A DNA stretch of 57,367 nt from Prorocentrum cordatum (taxonomy: Eukaryota): assembly GCA_963575745.1 (NCBI GenBank), contig CAUYUJ010000034.1, positions 62,001 to 119,367 on the forward strand, given 5' to 3'. The position numbers and the translations under genes were made by a program. This document shows, one piece after another, positions 23,297 through 36,137 of this stretch. The notes under the pieces are model-generated. The model saw only the letters and a program-made list of their open reading frames with translations. It was not told the DNA's origin and made no database searches. How positions within the stretch are numbered: position 1 is the stretch's first letter; every line of letters begins with the position of its first letter.

Positions 23297-23913
23297 TTCA
23301 GAGCTCTGGATGCAAGAGACAAACGCGCCTCATCGTTTTAAATCGGTTTCTGAGAATATCAGCTCTGAAGCTGTCTTGTAGCTCAAGTTGAATTCAAAAA
23401 CCGACAACGCCTGTCGAGGTGACCCAAAACGGTCGATCCCGATTTGTGGCAGTAGAAGATACCCGATCGAGCTGAGATTAAGACGGCGAGCGGAAATGAG
23501 GTCGAATATAATGGAAAAAAAAAACTAGAGCTCAAACGAATGGAGGGAGAACAAAATTTTCAACCGACCAAAAGTAAGCAAAAGGTCCGTCGAAAGTATT
23601 ATTGCCAACTTGCTCTCCAGCGCCCCGGAATTACTCTTAAGCTTCCAGCAACTAGCTCAGGGAAGCTTTACGAGTTATTTTTCTTGCCGACTAGCTCAAG
23701 CCTGCGCCCGAATTCCTCTTAGCTCTTTGCCGAAGAACTCTAGGAGGTATATTACTCTTAAGCTTCTAGCAACTAGCTAAGGAAAGCTCGACGAGTAATT
23801 CCTCTAGCTCATCGATGCCGAGCTCTACGAGATACTAGCTGCACCCCGCGCCGGAATTCTTCTAGCTCATCGCATTCCTCCAGCTCATCGATGCCGAAGA
23901 GCTCTACAAGGTA

Positions 23914-24944
23914 AACCCAGAGAGCGAAGAGACCGTCGGGGAGGGGAAGCTTTCCGAGAGAGCTCTGGGGGCTGCCCTGAAGCCCTCCTGGCGCGCTGCC
24001 AGGAACGCGCCCACACCTGCCTGCGCGCGCGCAGGTGCACTTAAAAAACGCCCCCGAACTTGCTGCCGGGTCGGGCAAACTGCTGCTGGGATTCTGGAGC
24101 GGCGAAGATGAGCTGCTGGCGGGTACCACCGCCGTCCGGCTTCCGATCTTAAACCCTCTAGCTCGCAGAGAGCTCTCTATGAGCTAGAAGGTTTTAGAGT
24201 AGAGGCCGGACGGTGGTGGTGCCCGCCTGCAGCCCATCTCCGCCGGCCAGAATCCCCGCAGCAGTTCGCCTGGGCCGGCAGCGGGTTCGAAGGCGCTTCC
24301 GGCACGGGTCCGCGCGGGCCTGCACGCTTGCAGGCACGCGTGGATACGTTCCTGGTAGCGCTTCGGAAGCGCTTCTGGGGAGCCCCCCGCAGCTCTCCAG
24401 GAAAGATTTCCCGTCCCAGAGGTTCTTCGCTCTCCTTGGCTCTTCGGGTTTGGGACGCTGCCAAGTTCAGGTCGGTAGCTGCAGCATTACTATCAAAGCA
24501 CTTGAAGCAACCGACTTTGGATGAAAACAAACTCGGTAGCGTCCAAAACCCGGAAAGCGAAGAGCACATACACCAGAAAGCTTCCCTGGCGGGCACTCAC
24601 ACGCTTTCGTAACGGCTTTCTGCCGCTCTGGGGGGGCTCCCTACAGCGCTGCTGAAGCGCTGCCAGAATCGCTTCCATGCGTGCCTGCACGCGTGCAGGC
24701 ACGCGTGGAAGCTTGCCGGAAGCTCTCCCGGACACGGTGCCGGGCTGGGCGAGGCGCTGCGGGGGACGTGGACCGCCGTGGAGGAGCTCCTGGCGGGCAC
24801 AACCACCGTCCGGCTTGTAATCTTAAACACTCTAGCTCTCAGCGAGCTCCCCGGGGAAGAATCGCGATTTAACGTAGAGCTTCCCAGTTGCTGGAACTTA
24901 AGAGAAATTCCCAGAGAGCTCTCTGAGAGCTAAAAGATTTAGAC
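23914..24944. repeat. Cluster of family E units in alternating orientation
   Basis: Forward unit to ~24175, inverted unit ~24178-24465, forward unit ~24532-24858; near-perfect 42-bp palindrome at 24671-24712. Confidence 0.7.
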
Positions 24945-25202
24945 TGGCGCCGGCGGTGAACCGTCAACCTGGTTACCGCCGCGAACCTCGTAGAGCTCCT
25001 TGCACGCGTAAGAGTGCTCAGGATCGGAGCAGGGATGTTCTCAGGGTAATTCTAGGAAAAAATCGAATTCACATTTCTCTGTGTCAATTTCATGTTGGTT
25101 ACTCCTAATTTTCCGATAGTAAAACTGGCTCTTGAGAGCTGAGCTGCTCAGAGAACAAAATTTATATGCCAATGCTCGGCGTAAAAATCTGCTTACTCAA
25201 AA

Positions 25203-25601
25203 CTGGCGCCGGCGGTGAACCGTCAACCTGGTCACCGCCGGGAACATCGTAGAGCTCTTTTCACGTGTAAGAGTGCTCAGAGTCGAAAGAGAGAGCTTCT
25301 GGAAGCATTTCTCGAAGAAGGGAAAAATTGATTTTTTTCGCGTCGACATGAAGATGGTTCCCCCAAGTGTTTTGATAGTAAAAGTGCGCCTACAGGGCTC
25401 ATACTAAGACAGAGAGGCCCTCATAGTCGTTTACAGGTGCGAAAAATCTGCTTTCTCAAAATGAATTGACAAATATCTTTCAAAAAATCGCAAAACCACC
25501 CCAAAGTTGTCACATTGTCCGCCTCGGCCGGCTGGGCCAACTAGCTTCACCCCGCGCCGGAATTCCTCTAGCTCATCGATGCCGAAGAGCTCTACGAGGT
25601 A
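25203..25601 (-). mobile_element. Complete family B element (399 bp)
   Basis: Flanks CTCAAAA | TGAATTGTC rejoin exactly; hairpin arms GGCGGTGA/TCACCGCC. Confidence 0.85.
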
Positions 25602-28600
25602 TGAATTGTCAACTGGGCACCGGCGGTAAACCGTCAACCTTTCTTACCGCCGGGGGACTCGTAGAGCTTCCTGACAGTATATAATGTGGGAAAACAATCC
25701 AGAGAATTTCAGCCCGAGCCAGACCTCTCAAGATGACTCTGGCGAAAAAACGAACAGTTTGGAACCCAGCTCGAGTGTCAAACCGAGTTCAGACCTCTGA
25801 ATGCGGTCTGATGTCTTTGAATCGACTCCTCTGATTACCAGCCCTGCAGCCCCCCTATAGCCCGAGTTGAGTGCAGAAATCGACAGCAGCTCTCAGGATG
25901 ACTTGAATAATAGAATAGCTTCGAGGAGCTAGTTCGAGCAGCAGACCGAGTTCCGAGCTCTGTATTTGACAGACGGACACGCCTGATGTCTTCAAATCGA
26001 TTTCTGTGACCAGCAGCAATGTAGCCCTCCCCAAGCACGAGTTAAGTGCAGAAAACCGAGAGCACTTCTCAAGATGACTCGAACACTACGAATAGTTTCG
26101 CGAACCTAGCTCGGGCAGCATGCCGAGTTCAGAGCTCTCGATGCAACAGACGAACGCGCCTGATGATTCCCAATCGAGTTCTGTGACAACGAGCTCTGTA
26201 ACTGCCCTACAGCTCGAGTTAAGTACAGAAAACCGAGAGCAACTGCTACGATGACTCGAATAATACGAATAGGTTTGCGGACCTAGCTCGGCTAGCAGAC
26301 CGAGTTCAGACCTCTGCATTCAACAGGCGAACGCGCCTAATCATTCTGAATCGATTAGCTGTGCTCACCAGCTCTGTAACTGTCATGAAGCTCGAGTTAT
26401 CTTGAGAAATTCGACAGCGCGTATCAAGACAACTCGAAACGGCCGATCCCGCCGGAGTGCTTTTTGGCAGTAAAAGGTACCCGATCGAGCTGAGATCAAG
26501 ATGGCGAGCGGGAATAAGATCGAATATCACGGGAACAAATACTAGAGCCCAAACGAATTGTTGAATTTCGAGAAGAAAATTTTCAACCGACCAAAAGTCA
26601 CCAAAAGGTCCGTCGAGATTTTTCTTGCCAACTAGCTCTCCAGCGCCCCGGAATTACTCAAGCTTCCAGCAATAACTTGCTAAGGGAAGCTCTACGAGTT
26701 AACTGGGCGCCGGCGGTAAACCGTCAACCTTCGTTACCGCCGGGGGACTCGTAGAGCTTCCTGACAACATATAATGTCGAAAAAATTACACTAAAAAAAT
26801 AATGATTCAGCCCAAGCAATTTCAGACCTCTCCGATGTAAGCCGAACGCCCCCGATGCTTCTGGATTGTCTTCTGTACGAGCTCTGTAGCTCTCCTACAG
26901 CCAGAGTTACGTGCGTAAATCGACAGCACCTCTCAAGATGACTCGAACAATACGAATAGTTTGGCAAACCTAGCTCGAGTATAAGACCGAGTTCAGACCT
27001 CTCCATGCGACAGGGAGACGCATCTGATGTCTTTGAATCGATTCCTGTGACCACCAGCACTGCAGTCCCCCTACAGCCCGAGTTAAGTGCAGGAAACCGA
27101 CAGCACCTTAGGATGGCTCGAACAATAAAAATTTCGCAGCAGACAGAGTTCCGAGCTCTGGATTCGAAAGCTGGACGCACCTGATGTCTCCGAATCGATT
27201 CCAGTGATTACCGGCCATGCAGCTCCCCTACAGCCCGAGATGAGTGCAGAGAACCGACAGCATCTCTCAAGATGACTCGAACGATACGAATAGTTTTGCG
27301 ATTCTAGATTGGGCAGCTGACCGAGTTCAGAGCTCTGGATTCAACAGACAACGGCCACTGAGGATTCTGAATCGGATTCTGTACGTATAAGCTCTGTAGC
27401 TGTGCTGTAGCTCGAGTGAGTTACAGAAAACCGAGAGCGTCTGTCAAGATCACTCGAATAATACGAATAGATTTGCGGACCTAACTCGGCTAGCAGACCG
27501 AGTTCAGACCTCTGGGTTCGACAGGCGAACGCGCCTGATCATTCTGAATGCATAAGCTGTGCTGACCAGCTCTGTAGCTGCCCTGAAGCTCGAGTTATCT
27601 TAAGAACACCGTCACCGCGTATCAAGATGACTCGAAACGGCCGATCCCGCCGGAGCGCTTTTTGGCAGTAAAAGGTACCCGATCGAGCTGAGATCAAGAT
27701 GGCGAGCGGGAATAAGATCGAATATCACGGGAAAAAATACTAGAGCTCAAACGAATTGCTGCATTTCGAGAACAAAATTTTCAACCGACCAAAAGTCAGC
27801 AAAAGGTCCGTCGAGATTTTCCTTGCCAACTAGCTCTCGAGCGCCCCGGAATTACTGGGCGCCGGCGGTAAACCGTCAACCTTGGTTACCGCCGGGAAAC
27901 TCGTAGAGCTTCCTAGTGAATATTTTTTGACCTCTGAATGCGACAGGCGGACGCGTCTGATGTCTGCGAATCGACTCCTGTCATTACCAGCCCTGGAGCC
28001 CCACTACAGCCCAAGTTAAGTGCAGAAAACCGACAGCACCTCTCAGGATGACTCGAACAATACAGCAGTTTTGCAGACCTAATTCGGGCAGCAGACCGAG
28101 TACCGAGCTCTGGATTCGACAGACGGACGCGCCTGATGTCTTCAAATCGATTCCTGTGACAACAAGCACTGTAGCCCCCCTCAGCGCGAGTTGAGTGAAG
28201 AAAACCGAGAGCACTTCTCAAGATGACTCGACCAATACGAATAGTTTCGCGATTCTAGATCGGGCAGCAGACAGAGTTCAGAGCTCCGGATTCGACGCAC
28301 AAGCGCAACAGATGATTCTGAATCGGTTTCTATAAATATAAGCTCTGTAGCTGTCCTACAGCTCGAGTTAAGTACAGAAAACCGAGCGTTCCTGTCAAGA
28401 TGACTCGAATAATACGAATAGGTTCGCAGACCTAGCTCGGCTAACAGACCGAGTTCAGGCCTCTGGATTGAACAGGCGAACGCGCCTAATCATTCTACAT
28501 CGATTAGCTGTGCTTACCAGCTCTGTAGCTGTCCTAAAGCTCGAGTTATGTTCAGAAAACCGTCAGAGCGTATCAAGATGACTCCAAACGGCCGATCCCG

Positions 28601-30983
28601 CCAGTGCTTTTCGATAGTAATATTCACCCGATCGAGCTGAGATCAAGATGGCGAGCGGGAATAAGATCGAATATCACGGGAAAAAATACTAGAGCTCTAA
28701 CGAATGGTCAGATTTCGAGAACATAATTTTCAACCGAGCCAAAGTTGTGAAAAGTTCAGTCGAGATTTTTCGAGCCAACTAGCCTGCCAGCGTTTTCGAC
28801 TGGGCGCCGGCGGTAAACCGTCAACCTTTCTTACCGCCGGGGGACTCGTAGAGCTTCCCGACAACATAATGTCGAAAGAAATTACACAGAAGAAATAATT
28901 TTTCAGCCCAGGCAATTTGAGACCTCTCGGATGCAAAAGACGAGCGCCGCCGATGCTTCTAGATTGTCTTCTGTACGAGCTCTGTAGCTCTCCTACTGCC
29001 CGAGTTACGTGCGTAAATCGACAGCACCTCTCAAGATGACTCGAACAATACGAATAGTTTGGCAGACCTAGTTCGAGCATCAGACCGAGTTCAGACCTCT
29101 GCATGCGACAGGCGGACGCGTCTGATGTCTCTGAATCGATCCCTGTGATTACCAGCTCTGCAGCCCCCCCCTGCAGCCGAGTTAAGTGCAGGAAACCGAC
29201 AGCATCTCTCAGGATGACTCGAACAATACGAATAGTTTCGCGGACCTAGTTCGGGCAACAAACCGAGGTCGGAGCTCTGGATTCCGCAGGCGAACGCGCC
29301 TGATGTCTCCGAATCGATTCCAGTGATTACCAGCCATGCAGCCCCCCTACAGCCCGAGTTAAGTGCAGAGAACCGACAGTATCTCGCAAGTGACTCGAAC
29401 AATACGAATAGTTTCGCGATTCTAGATCGGGCAGCAGACCGAGTTCAGAGCTCTGCATTCAACAGACAACGGCCACTGATGATTCTGAATCAGATTCTGT
29501 ACGTAGCAGCTCTTTAGCTGTCCTGTAGCTCGAGTTAAGTACAAAAAACCGAAAGCGTCTGTCAAGATGACTCGAATAATACGAATAGGTTTGCGCACCT
29601 AGCTCGGCTAACAGACCGAATTCAGACCTCTGGCTTCAACAGGCGAACGCGCCTGATCATTCTGAATGGATTAGCTGTGCTCATCAGATCTTTAGCTGTC
29701 CTGAAGCTCCAGTTATCTTGAGAAAACCGACACCGCGTGACAAGATGACTCGAAACGGCCGATCCCGCCCGTGTGCTTTTTGGCAGTAAAAGGTACCCGA
29801 TCGAGCTGAGATCAAGATGGCGAGCGGGAATAAGATCGAATATCACGGGAAAAAAATACTAGAGCTCAAACGAATTGTTGAATTTTGAGAACGAAATTTT
29901 CAACCGACCAAAAGTCAGCAAAAAGTCCGTCGAGATTTTTCTTGCCAACTGGGCGCCGGCGGTAAACCGTCAACCTTTCTTACCGCCGGGAGACTCGTAG
30001 AGCTTCCTGACAACATAACGTCGAAAGAAATTACACAGAAAAAAAATCAGCCCAGGAAATTTGAGATCTGTCGGATGCGAAAGACGAACGCCGCCGATGC
30101 TTCTAGATTGTCTTCTGTACGAGCTCTGTAGCTCTCCTACAGCCCGAGTTACGTGCGTAAATCGACAGCACCTCTCAAGATGACTCGAACAATACGAATA
30201 GTTTGGCAAACCTAGTTCGAGCATCAGACCGAGTTCAGACCTCTGCATGCGACGGGCGGACGCGTCTGATGTCTCTGAATCGATCCCTGTGATAACCAGC
30301 CCTGCAGCCCTCCCTGCAGCCGAGTTAAGTGCAGGAAACCAACAGCATCTCTCAGGATGACTCGAACAATACGAACAGTTTCGCGGACCTAAGGTCGGAG
30401 CTCTCGATTCCGCATGCGAACGCGCCTGATGTCTCCGCATCGATTCCAGTGATTACCAGCCATGCAGCCCCCGCACAGCCCGAGTTAAGTGCAGAGAACC
30501 GACAGTATCTCGCAAGTGACTCGAACAATACGAATAGTTTCGCGATTCTAGATCGGGCAGCAGACCGAGTTCAGAGCTCTGCATTCAACAGACAACGGCC
30601 ACTGATGATTCTGAATCAGATTCTGTACGCAGCGGCTCTTTAGCTGTCCTGTAGCTCGAGTTAAGTACAAAAAACCGAGAGCGTCTGTCAAGATGACTCG
30701 AATAATACGAATAGGTTTGCGCACCTAGCTCGGCTAGCAGACCGAATTCAGACCTCTGGCTTCAACAGGCGAACGCGCCTGATCATTCTGAATCGATTAG
30801 CTGTGCTTACGAGCTCTTTAGCTGTCCTGAAGCTCGAGTTATCTTGAGAAAATCGACACCGCGTGACAAGATGACTCGAAACGGCCGATCCCGCGCGTGT
30901 GCTTTTTGGCAGTAAAAGGTACCCGATCGAGCTGAGATCAAGATAGCGAGCAAGAATAAGATCGAATATCACGGGACAAAATA

Positions 30984-33900
30984 CTGGCGCCGGCGGTGAA
31001 CCGTCAACCTGGTCACCGCCGGGAACCTCGTAGAGCTCCTTTCACGCGTAAGAGTGCTCAGAGTCGAAAGAGAGAGCTTCTGGAAGCATTTCTCGAGGAA
31101 GGGAAACATTGATTTGTTTCGTGTCGACATGAAGTTGCATCCGCCAAGTGTTTTGATAGTAAAGGGGCGCCTACAGAGCTGATGCTAAGACAGAGAGGCC
31201 CTCATATTCGTTTACAGGTGCGAAAAATCTGCTTTCTAAAAATGAATTGTCAAATATCTTTGAAAAATTGCAAAACCACCCAAACTGGGCGCCGGCGGTA
31301 AACCATCAACCTTTCTTACCGCCGGGGGACTCATAGAGCTTCCTAACAGTATATAGTGTGGGAAAAAAATCAGAGAACGACTAGTTTTCAGCCAAAGCGA
31401 TTTCAAACCTCTCAAGATGACTCTAACAAAAAAACAAACAGTTTCGCAACCCAGTTCAAGTATCAGACCGAGTTCAGACCTCTCAATGCGACAGGCGGAC
31501 GCATCTGATGTCTGCGAATCGACTCATGTGATTACCAGCCCTGCAGCCCCCCTACAGCCCGAGTTAAGTGCAGAAAACCGACAGCATCTCTCAGGATGAC
31601 TCGAATAATATAATAGTTTCGCAGACCTGTTTCGAGCAGCAGACCAAGTTCTGAGCTCTCGAATCGACCAACGAACGCGCCTGATGTGTGCAAATCGATT
31701 TCTATGACCCGCAGCACTGTAGCCCTCCCCAGCACGAGTTGAGTGCGGAAAATTGAGAGCACTTTTCACGATGATTCGGACAATACGAATAGTTTCGCGA
31801 ACCTAGCTCGGGCAGCAGGCCGAGTTCAGAGCTCTCGATACAACAGACAACTGCGCCCGATAATTCCCAATCGATTTATGTGACATAGGCTCTGTAGCTG
31901 CCCTACAGCTCGAGTTAAATACAGAAAAACGAAGGCGTTTGTCAAGATGACTCGAATAATACGAATAGATTTGCGGACCTAGCTCGGCTAGCAGACCGAG
32001 TTCAGACCTCTCGAGTCAAGAGGCGAACGCGCCTGATGATTCCGAATGCGATGGATGTGCTTACCAGCTCTGTAGCTGCTCTGCAGCTCGAATGAAGTAC
32101 AAAATACCCACCACGCGTATCAAGTTGACTCGAATAATACGAATAGGTTTGCGGACCTAGCTCGGCTGGCAGACCGAGTTCAGACCTATGGATTCAACAG
32201 GCGAACGCGACTGATGATTCTGAGTGCGATAGGTGTGCTTACCAGCACTGTAGCTGCCCTACAGCTCGAGCTAAGTAGAAAATACCGACAACGCGTATCA
32301 AGTTCACTCGAATAATACGAATAAGTTTGCGGACCTAGCTCGGCTAGCAGACCGGGTTCAGACCTATGGATTCAACAGGCGAACGCGCCTGATGATTATG
32401 AGTGCGATAGGTGTGCTTACCAGCACTGTAGCTGCCCTACAGCTCGAGTTAAGTAGAAAATACCGACAACGCGTATGAAGATGACTCGAAACAGCCGATC
32501 CCGCCGGGACGCTTTTTGGCAGTAAAAGGTACCCGATCGAGCTGACATCAAGATGGCGAGCGGGAATAAGATCGAATTTGACGGGAAAAATACTAGAGCT
32601 CAAACGAATTGTTGAATTTTGAAAACAAAACTGGAACCGGCGGTAAACCGTCAGCCTGGTTACCGCCGGAAACCTCCTAGAGCTCTTTTCTTGCACAGCG
32701 ATCGTCGGAACACATAGAAGAAGCTTCTGAGGCGAGAAACAAAAAACTCGAAAAAACGTGTTTTCTGTTTTCATACAACCTCGGTTCCTCCAAGTGTTTT
32801 GATAATAATAATACTGCACCTATGCTACCAACATTCTGACTCATAGTGAATATGTTTTGACCTCTGAATGCGACAAGCGGACGCGTCTGATGTCTGCGAA
32901 TCGACTCCTGTCATTACCAGCCCCGCAGCCCCCCTACAGCCCGAGGTCAGTGCAGAAAACCGACAGCATCTCTCAGGATGACTCGAACAATACAACACTA
33001 TCGCGAACCTAGTTCGGGAAGCAGCTGGATTCGACAGGCGGACGCGCATGATCTCTTTAAATCGATTCATATGACAACCAGCACTGTAGCCCCCTCTCAG
33101 CGCAAGTTGAGTGAAGAAAACCGAGAGCACTTCTAAAGATGACTCAAGCAATACGAATAATTTCGTGATTCTAGATCGGGCAGAAGACCAAGTCGAGAGC
33201 TCTGGATTCGACAGACAAACGCAACTCACAATTCTGAAGCAGTTTCTGTAAATATCAGCTCTGTAGCTGTCTTAGAGCTCGAGTTAAGTACAGAAAACCG
33301 AGAGTTTCTGTGAAGATGACTCGAATAATACGAATCGGTTTCCAGACCTAGCTCGGCTCACAGACCGAGTTCAGACCTCTCGATTCAACAGGCGAACGCG
33401 CCTAATCATTCTGCAACGATTACTGTGCTTACCAGCTCTGTAGATGTCTTAAAGTTCGAGTTATGTTGAGAAAACCGTCAGCGCGTATCAAGATGACTCG
33501 AAACGGCCGATCCCGCCAGAGTGCTTTTTGGCCTTGAAAGTTACCGATCGAGCTGAGATCGAAATAGCGAGCGGAAATAAGATCCAATAAAAAATACTAG
33601 AGCTCTAACGAATGGTCTAATTTCGAGAAGAAAATTTTCAATCGACCAAAAGTCAGCAAACGTTCCGTCGAGATTTTTCTTGCCAGCTAGCTCTGCAGCG
33701 CGCCGGAATTACTCTTAAGCTTCCAGCAACTAGCTTAGAGAAGCTCTACGAGTCAGTTATCATATTGTCCTCTCTGGTCGGATCGGCCAACTAGCTCCAC
33801 CCCGGGCTCGGATTCCTCTAGCTCATCGATGCCAGAGAGCTCTACGAGGTATTTTCAACCGACCAAAAGTCATCAAAGGGTCCGTCGAGATTTTCCTTGC

Positions 33901-34072
33901 GAACTAGCTCTCCAGCGCTACGGAATTACTCTTAAGCTTCCAGCAATAACTTGCTGATGGAAGCTCTACGAGTTAAGTTGTCACATTCTCTCTTTTCGTC
34001 AGGTCGGCAAACTAGCTCCATCCCGCGCCGGAATTCCTCTAGCTCATCGATTCCGAAGAGCTCTACGAGATA
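30984..34072 (-). mobile_element. Family B element containing nested A (31285-33975) and composite C (32631-33851)
   Basis: Three split targets rejoin: AAAATA|CTTGAGCTC, CCACCCAAA|AGTTGTCAC and GAAAACAAAA|TTTTCAACC. Confidence 0.85.
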
Positions 34073-34096
34073 CTTGAGCTCAAACGAATTGTTGAA

Positions 34097-34350
34097 GAAG
34101 AGACCCTTTGAGGACAGGGAATCTTTCCTGGAGAGCTCTGGGCGGCTCCCCTGCAGCGCTGCCGAAGCGCTGGCAGACACGATTCCGTGCGTACCTGCAC
34201 GCGTGCAGGCACGCGTGGAAGCTTGCCGGAAGCTCCCCGGACACGTGTCCGGTTCACCGGAGGCGCTGCAAAGCCTGTGGAGCGACGGAAATGAGCTCCT
34301 GGCGGGCACTCTTATCTTAAACCTTTAGCTCTCAGCGAGCTCTCCGGGAA
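34097..34350. repeat. Single family E unit
   Basis: TTCCTGGAGAGCT...AGCTCTCCGGGAA inverted ends with the central CCTGCACGCGTGCAGG palindrome. Confidence 0.7.
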
Positions 34351-36137
34351 AATTTTTAACCGACCAAAAGTCAGCATTTTCAACCGACCAAAAGTCAGCA
34401 AAAGGTCCGTCGAGATTTGCCTTGCCAACTGGGCGCCGGCGGCAAACCGTCAACCTTTCTTACCGCCAGGGGACTCGTAGAGCTTCCTGAAAATATAAAG
34501 TGCGGGAAAAAACTCCAAAGAACGACTAGTTTTTGAGCCCAAGCGATTTCAGACCTCTCAAGATAACGCTAACAAAAACCAACCGGTTTCGCAACCCAGT
34601 TCGAGTATCAAACCGAGTTCAGACCTCTGAATGCGACAGGCGGCCGCGTCTGATGTCTGCGAATCCACTCATGTGATTCCCAGCCCTACAGCCCCCCTAC
34701 AGCCCGAGTTAAGTGCAGAAAACCGACAGTATCGACTCGAATAATAGAATAGTTTTGCGGACCTAGTTCGAGCAGCAGACCGAGTTCCGAGCTCTGGAAT
34801 CGACCGACAAACGCGCCTGATGTGTTCAAATCGATATGTGTGACCCGCAGCACTGTAGCCGGCCCCAAACACGAGTTAAGTGCAGAAAACCGAGAGCACT
34901 TCTCAAGATGACTCGGACAATACGAATAGTTTCGCGAACCTAGCTCGGGCAGCAGACCGAGTTCAGAGCTCTCGCTTCAGTAGACGAACGCGACTGATGA
35001 TTCCATCGATGTCTGTGACAATGAGCCCTGTAGCTGCCCTAGAGCTCGAGTTAAGTACAGAAAATCGAGAGCGTCTGTCAAGATGACTCGAATAATACGA
35101 ATAGGTTTGCGGACCTAGCTCGGCTAGCAGACCGAGTTCAGACCTCTGGATTCAACAGGCCAACGCGCGTGATGATTCTGAAGGCGATAGGCGTGCTTAC
35201 CAGCACTTTAGCTGCCCTACAGCTCGAGTTGAGTAGGGAAACCCGACAACGCGTATCAAGTTGGCTCGAATAATACGAATAGGTTTCCGGACCTAGCTCG
35301 GCTAGCAGACCGAGTTCAGACCTATGGATTCAACAGACGAATGCGCCTGATGGTTCTGAGGGCGATAGATGTGCTTACCAGCACTGTGGCTGCCCTACAG
35401 CTCGAGTTAAGTAGAGAATACCGACAACACGTATCAAGTTGACTCGAATAATACGAATAGGTTTGCGGACCTAGCTCGGCTAGCAGACCGAGTTCAGACC
35501 TATGGATTCAACAGGCGAACGCGCCTGATGATTCTGAGTGCGATAGGTGTGCTTACCAGCACTGTAGCTGCCCTACAGTACAGCTCGAGTTAAGTAGAAA
35601 ATACCGACAACGCGTATCAAGATGACTCGAAACGGCCGTTCCCGCCTGCCTGCTTTTTGGCCTTGAAAGTTACTCGATCGAGCTGAGATCAAGATGGCGA
35701 GCGGGAATAAGATCGAATATCATGGGAAAAAATACTAGGGCTCTAACGAATGGTCAAATTTCGAGAACAAAATTTTCAACCGACCAAAAGTCCCAAAAAG
35801 GTCCGTCGAGATTTTTGTTGCCAACTAGCTCTCCAGCTCCCCGGAACTGGCGCCGGCGGTGAACCGTCAACCTGGTCACCGCCGGGAACCTCGTAGAGCT
35901 CCCTCAACGCGTAAGAGTGCTCAGAGTGGAAAGAGAGTGCTTCTCGAAGCATTTCTCGAAAAAGGGAAAACATGATTTTTTTTGTGTCGACATGACGATG
36001 GTTCCTCCAAGTGTTTTGATAGTAAACATGCGCCTAGAGAGCTCATATTGAGACAGAGAGGCCCTCATGGTCGTTTACAGGTGCGAAAAATCTGCTTTCT
36101 AAAAATGAATTGTCAAATATCTTTGAAATAATCGCAA

